NCBI RefSeq assembly: GCF_009914755.1
Contig: NC_060948.1
Reading direction: 5' to 3' (one strand)
Origin: the human T2T-CHM13v2.0 reference genome, Homo sapiens
Length of the DNA stretch: 64,000 nt
The notes below the pieces were generated by a model that worked only from the letters and a program-made list of their open reading frames with translations, made no database searches and was not told the origin of the DNA. Positions 42,949 to 57,187 of this stretch are shown piece after piece. Made by a program: the position numbers and the translations under genes. Positions within the stretch are counted from its first letter, which is position 1. Every line of letters begins with the position of its first letter.

Positions 42949-45900
42949 GTCTCGAATTGAATGGAATCGTATGGAATGGCATCAAACGGAATGGAATGGA
43001 CAGCCACGGAATGGAATGCACTCGAATGCAAAGGAGTCGAAACTTATGGACTGGAATAGAATGGACTCGACTGGTACGGACTCCAATGGAATGGAATCGA
43101 ATGGAAGGGATTCGAACGGAATGTACTCGAAGGGAAAAGACTGCAATGGAAAGGTCTCGAATGGAATGGTAATTAATGGAATGGAATGGAATCGAATGAA
43201 ATGGAGTCAAAAGGAATGGAATCGAATGGCAAGAAATCGAATGTAATGGAATCGCAAGGAATTGATGTGAACGGAACGGAATGGAATGGAATCCAAAGGA
43301 ATGGAATAGAATGGAATGGAATCGAATGGAAAGGACTCGAATGGAAATCACTCGAATAGAATGAAATTTAATAAAATAGGATCAAATGTAATGGAATGGA
43401 ATGGAAAGGAATCGAAACGAAAGGAATGGAGACAGATGGAATGGAATGGAACAGAGAGCAATGGTATAGAATGGAATGGAATCATCTGGAATGGAATTGA
43501 ATGGAATGGAATAATATGAAATGGAATGGAATGGAATGGAATGGAATGGAATGGAATGCCCTTGAATTAAATGGACTGGAATGGAATGGACTCGAACAGA
43601 GTGGAATGGAAAGTGTTGAGATAGAATGGAATGGACTCCTTTGGAATGGTGTAGTATGCAATGCAATCGACTGGCAGGGAATCAAAAGGAATGTAATCGA
43701 ATGGATTGGACTGGAATGCAATGGACTCGAATAGATTGGAAACGGAATGCAAAGGAATGGAATGGAATAGTATGGAATGGAATGGAAAGGAATGGAGTGG
43801 AATAGACTAGAGTGGAATGGAATGGACTGGAAAGCAATGGACTGGAATGGAACTTTCTTGAATGGACTGGAATCAAACGGAATGGAATGCAATGCAATCA
43901 AATGGCATGGAATAAAATAGAATGAAAGAGAATCAAATGGAATTGAATCGAATGGAATCGAATGGATTGGAAAGGAATAGAATGGAATGGAATGGAATTG
44001 ACTCAAATGGAATGGACTAGAATGGAATGGATTCGAATGGAAGGCAAAGGAATGGAATCTATTGGAATGGACTGTAATGGAATGGAATGGAAGGGATTGG
44101 AATGGACTCGAATGGAATGGACTGCAATAGAAAGGATTCGAATGGAATGAAAAAGAATTGAATGGAATAGAACAGAATGGAATCAAATCGAATGAAATGG
44201 AATGGAATAGAAAGGAATGGAATGAAATGGAATGGAAAGGATTCGAATGGAATGCAATCGAATGGAATGGAATCGAACGGAATGGAATAAAATGGAAGAA
44301 AACTGACAAGAAATGGAATCGAAATGAATGGAGTGTTATGGAACGGACTCAAAAGGAATTGAATGTAATAGAATGGAGTGGAGTGGACTCGAATATAATA
44401 GACTGGAATGGAATGAAATCACATGGAATGGGAACGAATGGAATGGAATGGAAAGGAATGGAATCGAATGGAAAGGAATCGAATGGAAGGGAATGAAATT
44501 GAATCAACAGGAATGGAAGGGAATAGAATAGACGGTAATGGAATGGACTCGAATAGAATGGACACGAATGCTCAAATTGAATGGACTCGAATGGAATGGA
44601 AACGAAAGGAATGTCATCGAATGGAATTGAATCGATTGGAATGAAATCGCATAGAATGGAGTGGAATCAAATGGAATTGAATCGAAAGGAAAGGAAGCGA
44701 ATGGACTGAAATGAAATGGAATGGAATTGAATGGAAAGTAATGCAATGGAATAGAATGGAACGAAATTTCACGGAATGGAATCAAACTGAATGGAATCAA
44801 ATCAATGGAATCAAATCAAATGGAATGGAGAAGATTGGATTGGATGGGATTGGAATGAAATGTACCGGAAAGGACTCGAATTTCATGAAACGGAATGGAA
44901 TGAATTGGAACGGAATGGACTCGAATGGAATGGAATGTCATAGAATGGCATCAAATGGAATGGCATCAAATGGAATGGAATCGAATGCAATGGAATGCTA
45001 TGGAATGGAATGGAATGCATTGGAATGGAATGTCCTCTAATGGAATGGATTCGAGTGGAATGGAATCGAATATAATGGAGTCGAATGAAATGGAATTGAA
45101 AGGAATGGGATCGAATACAATGGAATATACTGGAATGTAATGTAATGAACTCGAATGTAATTGACTGGAATGGAATGTACATGAATGGAATGTAATCGAA
45201 TGGAAAGTAATCCAATGGAATAGAATCTAATGCAATAAAATCGACTCAGATAGAGTAGAATGTAATGGAATGGAGTGCAGTGCAATGGAATGGAATGGAA
45301 TGGAATGCAATGGAATGGAATGGAATGGAATGGAATGGAATGGAATGGAATGGGATGGAATGGTATGGAATGGATAGTAATGGACTGGAGTGAAATGGAC
45401 TGGAAAGGAATGGACTCAAATTGAAAGGGCTCGAAAGGAATGGAGTCAAATGGAATGGTCTGGAATGGAATGAACACGAATGTAATGCAATCCAATAGAA
45501 TGGAATCGAATGGCATGGAATATAAAGAAATGGAATCGAAGAGAATGGAAACAAATGGAATGGAATTGAATGGAATGGAATTGAATGGAATGGGAACGAA
45601 TGGAGTGAAATTGTATGCAGTAGAAGGGAATAGAATGGAATGCAACCGAAAGGAAAGGAATGGATTGGAATGGAATGGAATTCATTGGAATGGAAGGGAA
45701 TGTAGTGTAATGGACAGGCCTGGAATAAAGTGGAATGCTACGGTCTCGAATGGAATAAAAATGTATGGAATGGAATGCAATGAAACGGAATCGAATGTCA
45801 TAGAATGTAATGGAATGCAAAAAAATGGAATCCAAAATCATTGAATGGAAAGGCTGGGTGTCGAAAGGAATTGACTCCAATGGAATGGAATCGAATGGAA

Positions 45901-46506
45901 TGGAAGTGAATAGAATCGAACTAAATCGAATGGAATGGAATTGATAGGAACGGAATGGAAAGGAATGCAATGATTTGGCATGGAATGGAATCGAATGGCA
46001 TCGAATGGAATGGAATGGAATGCAATGGAATGGAATGTATTAGAATGTAATGAACATTAGTGGAATGTACTCGAATGGATTCGACTGGAATGGAATGTTC
46101 TGGAAGTGAATGGACTCCAATGGAATGGATTCGAAAGGAATGGAATCGAACGGAATGGAATCTAATGGAATGGAATTAAATGGAAATGAATCAAATTGAA
46201 TAGCACGGAATTGAATTGAATGGAATCGAATGCAATGGAATCTAATGAAACGGAAAGGAAAGAATGGAATGGAATAGAATGGGCTGGAATGGAAAGGAAT
46301 CGAAACGAATGGAATGGAATCGAACTGAAGAGACTGGAATGGAATGCACTGGAATGGAAGGGAGTGTAATGGAAGGTTCTCGAAAAAAATGGAATCGAAT
46401 GGAATGGAATTGAATGGAACGGAATAGAGTCGAATGGAATTGAATGGAATGGAATGGACTAGAGTGAAATGGAATCAAACCACAAGGAATGGACAGGAAT
46501 AGAATG
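42949..46506 (+). repeat. DYZ1 unit 13 (3558 bp, B-type)
   Basis: Landmark recurrence. Confidence 0.93.
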
Positions 46507-49500
46507 GTCTCGAATTGAATGGAATCGTATGGAATGGCATCAAACGGAATGGAATGGACAGCCACGGAATGGAATGCACTCGAATGCAATGGAGTCGAAA
46601 CTAATGGACTGGAATAGAATGGACTCGACTGGTACGGACTCCAATGGAATGGAATCGAATGGAAGGGAATCGAACGGAATGGACTCGAAGGGAAAAGACT
46701 GCAATGGAAAGGTCTCGAATGGAATGGAAATTAATGGAATGGAATGGAATCGAATGAAATGGAGTCAAAAGGAATGGAATCGAATGGCAAGAAATCGAAT
46801 GTAATGGAATCGCAAGGAATTGATGTGAACGGAACGGAATGGAATGGAATCCAAAGGAATGGAATAGAATGGAATGGAATCGAATGGAAAGGACTCGAAT
46901 GGAAATCACTCGAATAGAATGCAATTTAATAAAATAGGATCAAATGTAATAGAATGGAATGGAAAGGAATCGAAACGGAAGGAATGGAGACAGATGGAAT
47001 GGAATGGAACAGAGAGCAATGGTATAGAATGGAATGGAATCATCTGGAATGGAATTGAATGGAATGGAATAATATGAAATGGAATGGAATGGAATGGAAT
47101 GGAATGCCCTTGAATTAAATGGACTGGACTCGAACAGAGTGGAATGGAAAGTGTTGAGATAGAATGGAATGGACTCCTTTGGAATGGTGTAGTATGCAAT
47201 GCAATCGACTGGCAGGGAATCAAAAGGAATGTAATCGAATGGATTGGACTGGAATGCAATGGACTCGAATAGATTGGAAACGGAATGCAAAGGAATGGAA
47301 TGGAATAGTATGGAATGCAATGGAAGGGAATGGAGTGGAATAGACTAGAGTGGAATGGAATGGACTGGAAAGCAATGGACTGGAATGGAACTTTCTTGGA
47401 TGGATTGGAATCAAACGGAATGGAATGCAATGCAATCAAATGGCATGGAATAAAATAGAATGAAAGAGAATCAAATGGAATTGAATCGAATGGAATCGAA
47501 TTGATTGGAAAGGAATAGAATGGAATGGAATGGAATTGACTCAAATGGAATGGACTAGAATGGAATGGATTCGAATGGAAGGCAAAGGAATGGAATCTAT
47601 TGGAATGGACTGTAATGGAATGGAATGGAAGGGATTGGAATGGACTCGAATGGAATGGACTGCAATAGAAAGGATTCGAATGGAATGAAAAAGAATTGAA
47701 TGGAATAGAACAGAATGGAATCAAATCGAATGAAATGGAATGGAATAGAAAGGAATGGAATGAAATGGAATGGAAAGGATTCGAATGGAATGCAATCGAA
47801 TGGAATGGAGTCGAACGGAATGGAATAAAATGGAAGAAAACTGGCAAGAAATGGAATCGAAATGAATGGAGTGTTATGGAACGGACTCAAAAGGAATTGA
47901 ATGTAATAGAATGGAGTGGAGTGGACTCGAATATAATGGACTGGAATGGAATGAAATCACATGGAATGGGAACGAATGGAATGGAATGGAAAGGAATGGA
48001 AATGAATGGAAAGGAATCGAATGGAAGGGAATGAAATTGAATCAAGAGGAATGGAAGGGAATAGAATAGACGGTAATGGAATGGACTCGAATAGAATGGA
48101 CACGAATGCTCAAATTAAATGGACTCGAATGGAATGGAAACGAAAGGAATGTCATCGAATGGAATTGAATCGATTGGAATGAAATCGCATAGAATGGAGT
48201 GGAATCAAATGGAATTGAATCGAAAGGAAAGGAAGCGAATGGACTGAAATGAAATGGAATGGAATTGAATGGAAAGTAATGCAATGGAATAGAATGGAAC
48301 GAAATTTCACGGAATGGAATCAAACTGAATGGAATCAAATCAATGGAATCAAATCAAATGGAATGGAAAGGAATTGAATGGAGTAGATGGGATTGGATGG
48401 GATTGGAATGAAATGTACTGGAAAGGACTCGAATTTCATGAAACGGAATGGAATGAATTGGAACGGAATGGACTCGAATGGAATGGAATGTCATGGGATG
48501 GCATCAAATGGAATGGCATCAAATGGAATGGAATCGAATGCAATGGAATGCTATGGAATGGAATGGAATGCATTGGAATGGAATGTCCTCTAATGGAATG
48601 GATTCGAGTGGAATGGAATCGAATATAATGGAGTCGAATGAAATGGAATTGAAAGGAATGGGATCGAATACAATGGAATATACTGGAATGTAACGTAATG
48701 AACTCGAATGTAATTGACTGGAATGGAATGTACATGAATGGAATGTAATCGAATGGAAAGTAATCCAATGGAATAGAATCTAATGCAATAAAATCGACTC
48801 AGATAGAGTAGAATGTAATGGAATGGAGTGCAGTGCAATGGAATGGAATGGAATGGAATGCAATGGAATGGAATGGAATGGAATGGAATGGGATGGAATG
48901 GAATGGGATGGAATTGTATGGAATGGATAGTCATGGACTGGAGTGAAATGGACTGGAAAGGAATGGACTCAAATTGAAAGGGCTCGAAAGGAATGGAGTC
49001 CAATGGAATGATCTGGAATGGAATGAACACGAATGTAATGCAACCCAATAGAATGGAATCGAATGGCATGGAATATAAAGAAATGGAATCGAAGAGAATG
49101 GAAACAAATGGAATGGAATTGAATGGAATGGAATTGAATGGAATGGGAACGAATGGAGTGAAATTGTATGCAGTAGAAGAGAATAGAATGGAATGCAAGC
49201 GAAAGGAAAGGAATGGATTGGAATGGAATGGAATTCATTGGAATGGAAGGGAATGTAGTGTAATGGACAGGCCTGGAATAAAGTGGAATGCTACGGTCTC
49301 GAATGGAATAAAAATGTATGGAATGGAATGCAATGAAACGGAATCGAATGTCATAGAATGTAATGGAATGCAAAAAAATGGAATCCAAAATCATTGACTG
49401 GAAAGGCTGGGTGTTGAAAGGAATTGACTCCAATGGAATGGAATCGAATGGAATGGAAGTGAATAGAATCGAACTAAATCGAATGGAATGGAATTGATAG

Positions 49501-50060
49501 GAACGGAATGGAAAGGAATGCAATGATTTGGCATGGAATGGAATCGAATGGCATCGAATGGAATGGAATGGAATGCAATGGAATGGAATGTATTAGAATG
49601 TAATGAACTTTAATGGAATGTACTCGAATGGATTCGACTGGAATGGAATGTTCTGGAAGTAAATGGACTCCAATGGAATGGATACAAAAGGAATGGAATA
49701 GTACGGAATGCAATCTAATGGAATGGAATTAAATGGAAATGAATCAAATTGAATAGCACGGAATTGAATTGAATGGAATGGAATGCAATGGAATCTAATG
49801 AAACGGAAAGGAAAGGAATGGAATGGAATGGAATGGGCTGGAATGGAAAGGAATCGAAACGAATGGAATGGAATCGAACTGAAGAGACTGGAATGGAATG
49901 CACTAGAATGGAAGGGAGTGTAGTGGAAGGTTCTCGAAAAAAATGGAATCGAATGGAATGCAATTGAATGGAACGGAATAGAGTCGAATGCAATTGAATG
50001 GAATGGAATGGACTAGAGTGAAATGGAATCGAACCACAAGGAATGGACAGGAATAGAATG
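46507..50060 (+). repeat. DYZ1 unit 14 (3554 bp, B-type/mosaic)
   Basis: Landmark recurrence. Confidence 0.93.
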
Positions 50061-53000
50061 GTCTCGAATTGAATGGAATCGTATGGAATGGCATCAAACG
50101 GAATGGAATGGACAGCCACGGAATGGAATGCAATCGAATGCAATGGACTCGAAACTAATGGACTGGAATAGAATGGACTCGACTGGTATGGACTCCAATG
50201 GAATGGAATCGAATGGAAGGGAATCGAACGGAATGGACTCGAAGGGAAAAGACTGCAATGGAAAGGTCTCGAATGGAATGGAAATTAATGGAATGGAATG
50301 GAATCGAATGAAATGGAGGCAAAAGGAATGGAATCGAATGGCAAGAAATCGAATGTAATGGAATCGCAAGGAATTGATGTGAACGGAACGGAATGGAATG
50401 GAATCCAAAGGAATGGAATAGAATGGAATGGAATCGAATGCAAAGGACTCGAATGGAAATCACTCGAATAGAATGCAATTTAATAAAATAGGATCAAATG
50501 TAATGGAATGGAATGGAAAGGAATCGAAACGAAAGGAATGGAGACAGATGGAATGGAATGGAACAGAGAGCAATGGTATAGAATGGAATGGAATCATCTA
50601 GAATGTAATTGAATGGAATGGAATAATATGAAATGGAATGGAATGGAATGGAATGCCCTTGAATTAAATGGACTGGAATGGAATGGACTCGAACAGAGTG
50701 GAATGGAAAGTGTTGAGATAGAATGGAATGGACTCCTTTGGAATGGTGTAGTATGGAATGCAATCGACTGGCAGGGAATCAAAAGGAATGTAATCGAATG
50801 GATTGGACTGGAATGCAATGGACTCGAATCGATTGGAAACGGAATGCAAAGGAATGGAATGGAATAGTATGGAATGGAATGGAAAGGAATGGAGTGGAAT
50901 AGACTAGAGTGGAATGGAATGGACTGGAAAGCAATGGACTGGAATGGAACTTTCTTGAATGGACTGGAATCAAACGGAATGGAATGCAATGCAATCAAAT
51001 GGCATGGAATAAAATAGAATGAAAGAGAATCAAATGGAATTGAATCGAATGGAATCGAATGGATTGGAAAGGAATAGAATGGAATGGAATGGAATTGACT
51101 CAAATGGAATGGACTAGAATGGAATGGATTCGAATGGAAGGCAAAGGAATGGAATCTATTGGAATGGACTGTAATGGAATGGAATGGAAGGGATTGGAAT
51201 GGACTCGAATGGAATGGACTGCAATAGAAAGGATTCGAATGGAATGAAAAAGAATTGAATGGAATAGAACAGAATGGAATCAAATCGAATGAAATGGAAT
51301 GGAATAGAAAGGAATGGAATGAAATGGAATGGAAAGGATTCGAATGGAATGCAATCGAATGGAATGGAATCGAACGGAATGGAATAAAATGGAAGAAAAC
51401 TGGCAAGAAATGGAATCGAAATGAATGGAGTGTTATGGAACGGACTCAAAAGGAATTGAATGTAATAGAATGGAGTGGAGTGGACTCGAATATAATGGAC
51501 TGGAATGGAATGAAATCACATGGAATGGGAACGAATGGAATGGAATGGAAAGGAATGGAATCGAATGGAAAGGAATCGAATGGAAGGGAATGAAATTGAA
51601 TCAACACGAATGGAAGGGAATAGAATAGACTGTAATGGAATGGACTCGAATAGAATGGACACGAATGCTCAAATTAAATGGACTCGAATGGAATGGAAAC
51701 GAAAGGAATGTCATCGAATGGAATTGAATCGATTGGAATGAAATCGCATAGAATGGAGTGGAATCAAATGGAATTGAATCGAAAGGAAAGGAAGCGAATG
51801 GACTGAAATGAAATGGAATGGAATTGAATGGAAAGTAATGCAATGGAATAGAATGGAACGAAATTTCACGGAATGGAATCAAACTGAATGGAATCAAATA
51901 AATGGAATCAAATCAAATGGAATGGAAAGGAATTGAATGGAGTAGATTGGATTGGATGGGATTGGAATGAAATGTACTGGAAAGGACTCGAATTTCATGA
52001 AACGGAATGGAATGAATTGGAACGGAATGGACTCGAATGGAATGGAATGTCATGGAATGGCATCAAATGGAATGGCATCAAATGGAATGGAATCGAATGC
52101 AATGGAATGCTATGGGATGGAATGGAATGCATTGGAATATAATGTCCTCTAATGGAATGGATTCGAGTGGAATGGAATCGAATATAATGGAGTCGAATGA
52201 AAAGGAATTGAAAGGAATGGGATCGAATACAATGGAATATACTGGAATGTAATGTAATGAACTCGAATGTAATTGACTGGAATGGAATGTACATGAATGG
52301 AATGTAATCGAATGGAAAGTAATCCAATGGAATAGAATCTAATGCAATAAAATCGACTCAGATAGAGTAGAATGTAATGGAATGGAGTGCAGTGCAATGG
52401 AATGGAATGGAATGGAATGCAATGGAATGGAATGGAATGGAATGGAATGGAATGGAATGGAATGGGATGGAATGGTATGGAATGGATAGTAATGGACTGG
52501 AATGAAATGGACTGGAAAAGAATGGACTCAAATTGAAAGGGCTCGAAAGCAATGGAGTCAAATGGAATGGTCTGGAATGGAATGAACACGAATGTAATGC
52601 AATCCAATAGAATGGAATCGAATGGCATGGAATATAAAGAAATGGAATCGAAGAGAATGGAAACAAATGGAATGGAATTGAATGGAATGGAATTGAATGG
52701 AATGGGAACGAATGGAGTGAAATTGTATGCAGTAGAAGAGAATAGAATGGAATGCAAGCGAAAGGAAAGGAATGGATTGCAATGGAATGGAATTCATTGA
52801 AATGGAAGGAAATGTAGTGTAATAGACAGGCCTGGAATAAAGTGGAATGCTACGGTCTCGAATGGAATAAAAATGTATGGAATGGAATGCAATGAAACGG
52901 AATCGAATGTCATAGAATGTAATGGAATGCAAAAAAATGGAATCCAAAATCATTGACTGGAAAGGCTGGGTGTCGAAAGGAATTGACTCCAATGGAATGG

Positions 53001-53634
53001 AATCGAATGGAATGGAATCGAATGGAATGGAAGTGAATAGAATCGAACTAAATCGAATGGAATGGAATTGATAGGAACGGAATGGAAAGGAATGCAATGA
53101 TTTGGCATGGAATGGAATCGAATGGCATCGAATGGAATGGAATGGAATGCAATGGAATGGAATGTATTAGAATGTAATGAACATTAATGGAATGTACTCG
53201 AATGGATTCGACTGGAATGGAATGTTCTGGAAGTGAATGGACTCCAATGGAATGGATTCGAAAGGAATGGAATCGAACGGAATGGAATCTAATGGAATGG
53301 AATTAAATGGAAATGAATCAAATTGAATAGCACGGAATTGAATTGAATGGAATCGAATGCAATGGAATCTAATGAAACGGAAAGGAAAGGAATGGAATGG
53401 AATAGAATGGGCTGGAATGGAAAGGAATCGAAACGAATGGAATGGAATCGAACTGAAGAGACTGGAATGGAATGCACTGGAATGGAAGGGATTGTAATGG
53501 AAGGTTCTCGAAAATAATGGAAGCAAATGGAATGGAATTGAATGGAACGGAATAGAGTCGAATGGAATTGAATGGAATGGAATGGACTAGAGTGAAATGG
53601 AATCGAACCACAAGGAATGGACAGGAATAGAATG
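50061..53634 (+). repeat. DYZ1 unit 15 (3574 bp, B-type)
   Basis: Landmark recurrence. Confidence 0.93.
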
Positions 53635-56600
53635 GTCTCGAATTGAATGGAATCGTATGGAATGGCATCAAACGGAATGGAATGGACAGCCACGGAATGG
53701 AATGCACTCGAATGCAATGGAGTCGAAACTTATGGACTGGAATAGAATGGACTCGACTGGTACGGACTCCAATGGAATGGAATCGAATGGAAGGGATTCG
53801 AACGGAATGTACTCGAAGGGAAAAGACTGCAATGGAAAGGTCTCGAATGGAATGGTAATTAATGGAATGGAATGGAATCGAATGAAATGGAGTCAAAAGG
53901 AATGGAATCGAATGGCAAGAAATCGAATGTAATGGAATCGCAAGGAATTGATGTGAACGGAACGGAATGGAATGGAATCCAAAGGAATGGAATAGAATGG
54001 AATGGAATCGAATGGAAAGGACTCGAATGGAAATCACTCGAATGGAATGAAATTTAATAAAATAGGATCAAATGTAATGGAATGGAATGGAAAGGAATCG
54101 AAACGAAAGGAATGGAGACAGATGGAATGGAATGGAACAGAGAGCAATGGTATAGAATGGAATGGAATCATCTGGAATGGAATTGAATGGAATGGAATAA
54201 TATGAAATGGAATGGAATGGAATGGAATGGAATGGAATGGAATGCCCTTGAATTAAATGGACTGGAATGGAATGGACTCGAACAGAGTGGAATGGAAAGT
54301 GTTGAGATAGAATGGAATGGACTCCTTTGGAATGGTGTAGTATGCAATGCAATCGACTGGCAGGGAATCAAAAGGAATGTAATGGAATGGATTGGACTGG
54401 AATGCAATGGACTCGAATAGATTGGAAACGGAATGCAAAGGAATGGAATGGAATAGTATGGAATGGAATGGAAAGGAATGGAGTGGAATAGACTAGAGTG
54501 GAATGGAATGGACTGGAAAGCAATGGACTGGAATGGAACTTTCTTGAATGGACTGGAATCAAACGCAATGGAATGCAATGCAATCAAATGGCATGGAATA
54601 AAATAGAATGAAAGAGAATCAAATGGAATTGAATCGAATGGAATCGAATGGATTGGAAAGGAATAGAATGGAATGGAATGGAATTGACTCAAATGGAATG
54701 GACTAGAATGGAATGGATTCGAATGGAAGGCAAAGGAATGGAATCTATTGGAATGGACTGTAATGGAATGGAATGGAAGGGATTGGAATGGACTCGAATG
54801 GAATGGACTGCAATAGAAAGGATTCGAATGGAATGAAAAAGAATTGAATGGAATAGAACAGAATGGAATCAAATCGAATGAAATGGAATGGAATAGAAAG
54901 GAATGGAATGAAATGGAATGGAAAGGATTCGAATGGAATGCAATCGAATGGAATGGAATCGAACGGAATGGAATAAAATGGAAGAAAACTGGCAAGAAAT
55001 GGAATCGAAATGAATGGAGTGTTATGGAACGGACTCAAAAGGAATTGAATGTAATAGAATGGAGTGGAGTGGACTCGAATATAATGGACTGGAATGGAAT
55101 GAAATCACATGGAATGGGAACGAATGGAATGGAATGGAAAGGAATGGAATCGAATGGAAAGGAATCGAATGGAAGGGAATGAAATTGAATCAACAGGAAT
55201 GGAAGGGAATAGAATAGACGGTAATGGAATGGACTCGAATAGAATGGACACGAATGCTCAAATTGAATGGACTCGAATGGAATGGAAACGAAAGGAATGT
55301 CATCGAATGGAATTGAATCGATTGGAATGAAATCGCATAGAATGGAGTGGAATCAAATGGAATTGAATCGAAAGGAAAGGAAGCGAATGGACTGAAATGA
55401 AATGGAATGGAAATGAATGGAAAGTAATGCAATGGAATAGAATGGAACGAAATTTCACGGAATGGAATCAAACTGAATGGAATCAAATCAATGGAATCAA
55501 ATCAAATGGAATGGAGAAGATTGGATTGGATGGGATTGGAATGAAATGTACCGGAAAGGACTCGAATTTCATGAAACGGAATGGAATGAATTGGAACGGA
55601 ATGGACTCGAATGGAATGGAATGTCATAGAATGGCATCAAATGGAATGGCATCAAATGGAATGGAATCGAATGCAATGGAATGCTATGGAATGGAATGGA
55701 ATGCATTGGAATGGAATGTCCTCTAATGGAATGGATTCGAGTGGAATGGAATCGAATATAATGGAGTCGAATGAAATGGAATTGAAAGGAATGGGATCGA
55801 ATACAATGGAATATACTGGAATGTAATGTAATGAACTCGAATGTAATTGACTGGAATGGAATGTACATGAATGGAATGTAATCGAATGGAAAGTAATCCA
55901 ATGGAATAGAATCTAATGCAATAAAATCGACTCAGATAGAGTAGAATGTAATGGAATGGAGTGCAGTGCAATGGAATGGAATGGAATGGAATGCAATGGA
56001 ATGGAATGGAATGGAATGGAATGGAATGGAATGGGATGGAATGGTATGGAATGGATAGTAATGGACTGGAGTGAAATGGACTGGAAAGGAATGGACTCAA
56101 ATTGAAAGGGCTCGAAAGGAATGGAGTCAAATGGAATGGTCTGGAATGGAATGAACACGAATGTAATGCAATCCAATAGAATGGAATCGAATGGCATGGA
56201 ATATAAAGAAATGGAATCGAAGAGAATGGAAACAAATGGAATGGAATTGAATGGAATGGAATTGAATGGAATGGGAACGAATGGAGTGAAATTGTATGCA
56301 GTAGAAGGGAATAGAATGGAATGCAACCGAAAGGAAAGGAATGGATTGGAATGGAATGGAATTCATTGGAATGGAAGGGAATGTAGTGTAATGGACAGGC
56401 CTGGAATAAAGTGGAATGCTACGGTCTCGAATGGAATAAAAATGTATGGAATGGAATGCAATGAAACGGAATCGAATGTCATAGAATGTAATGGAATGCA
56501 AAAAAATGGAATCCAAAATCATTGAATGGAAAGGCTGGGTGTCGAAAGGAATTGACTGCAATGGAATGGAATCGAATGGAATGGAAGTGAATAGAATCGA

Positions 56601-57187
56601 ACTAAATCGAATGGAATGGAATTGATAGGAACGGAATGGAAAGGAATGCAATGATTTGGCATGGAATGGAATCGAATGGCATCGAATGGAATGGAATGGA
56701 ATGCAATGGAATGGAATGTATTAGAATGTAATGAACATTAGTGGAATGTACTCGAATGGATTCGACTGGAATGGAATGTTCTGGAAGTGAATGGACTCCA
56801 ATGGAATGGATTCGAAAGGAATGGAATCGAACGGAATGGAATCTAATGGAATGGAATTAAATGGAAATGAATCAAATTGAATAGCACGGAATTGAATTGA
56901 ATGGAATCGAATGCAATGGAATCTAATGAAACGGAAAGGAAAGAATGGAATGGAATAGAATGGGCTGGAATGGAAAGGAATCGAAACGAATGGAATGGAA
57001 TCGAACTGAAGAGACTGGAATGGAATGCACTGGAATAGAAGGGAGTGTAATGGAAGGTTCTCGAAAAAAATGGAATCGAATGGAATGGAATTGAATGGAA
57101 CGGAATAGAGTCGAATGGAATTGAATGGAATGGAATGGACTAGAGTGAAATGGAATCGAACCACAAGGAATGGAGAGGAATAGAATG
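53635..57187 (+). repeat. DYZ1 unit 16 (3553 bp, B-type; sister copy of unit 13)
   Basis: Landmark recurrence; shares indels with unit 13. Confidence 0.93.
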
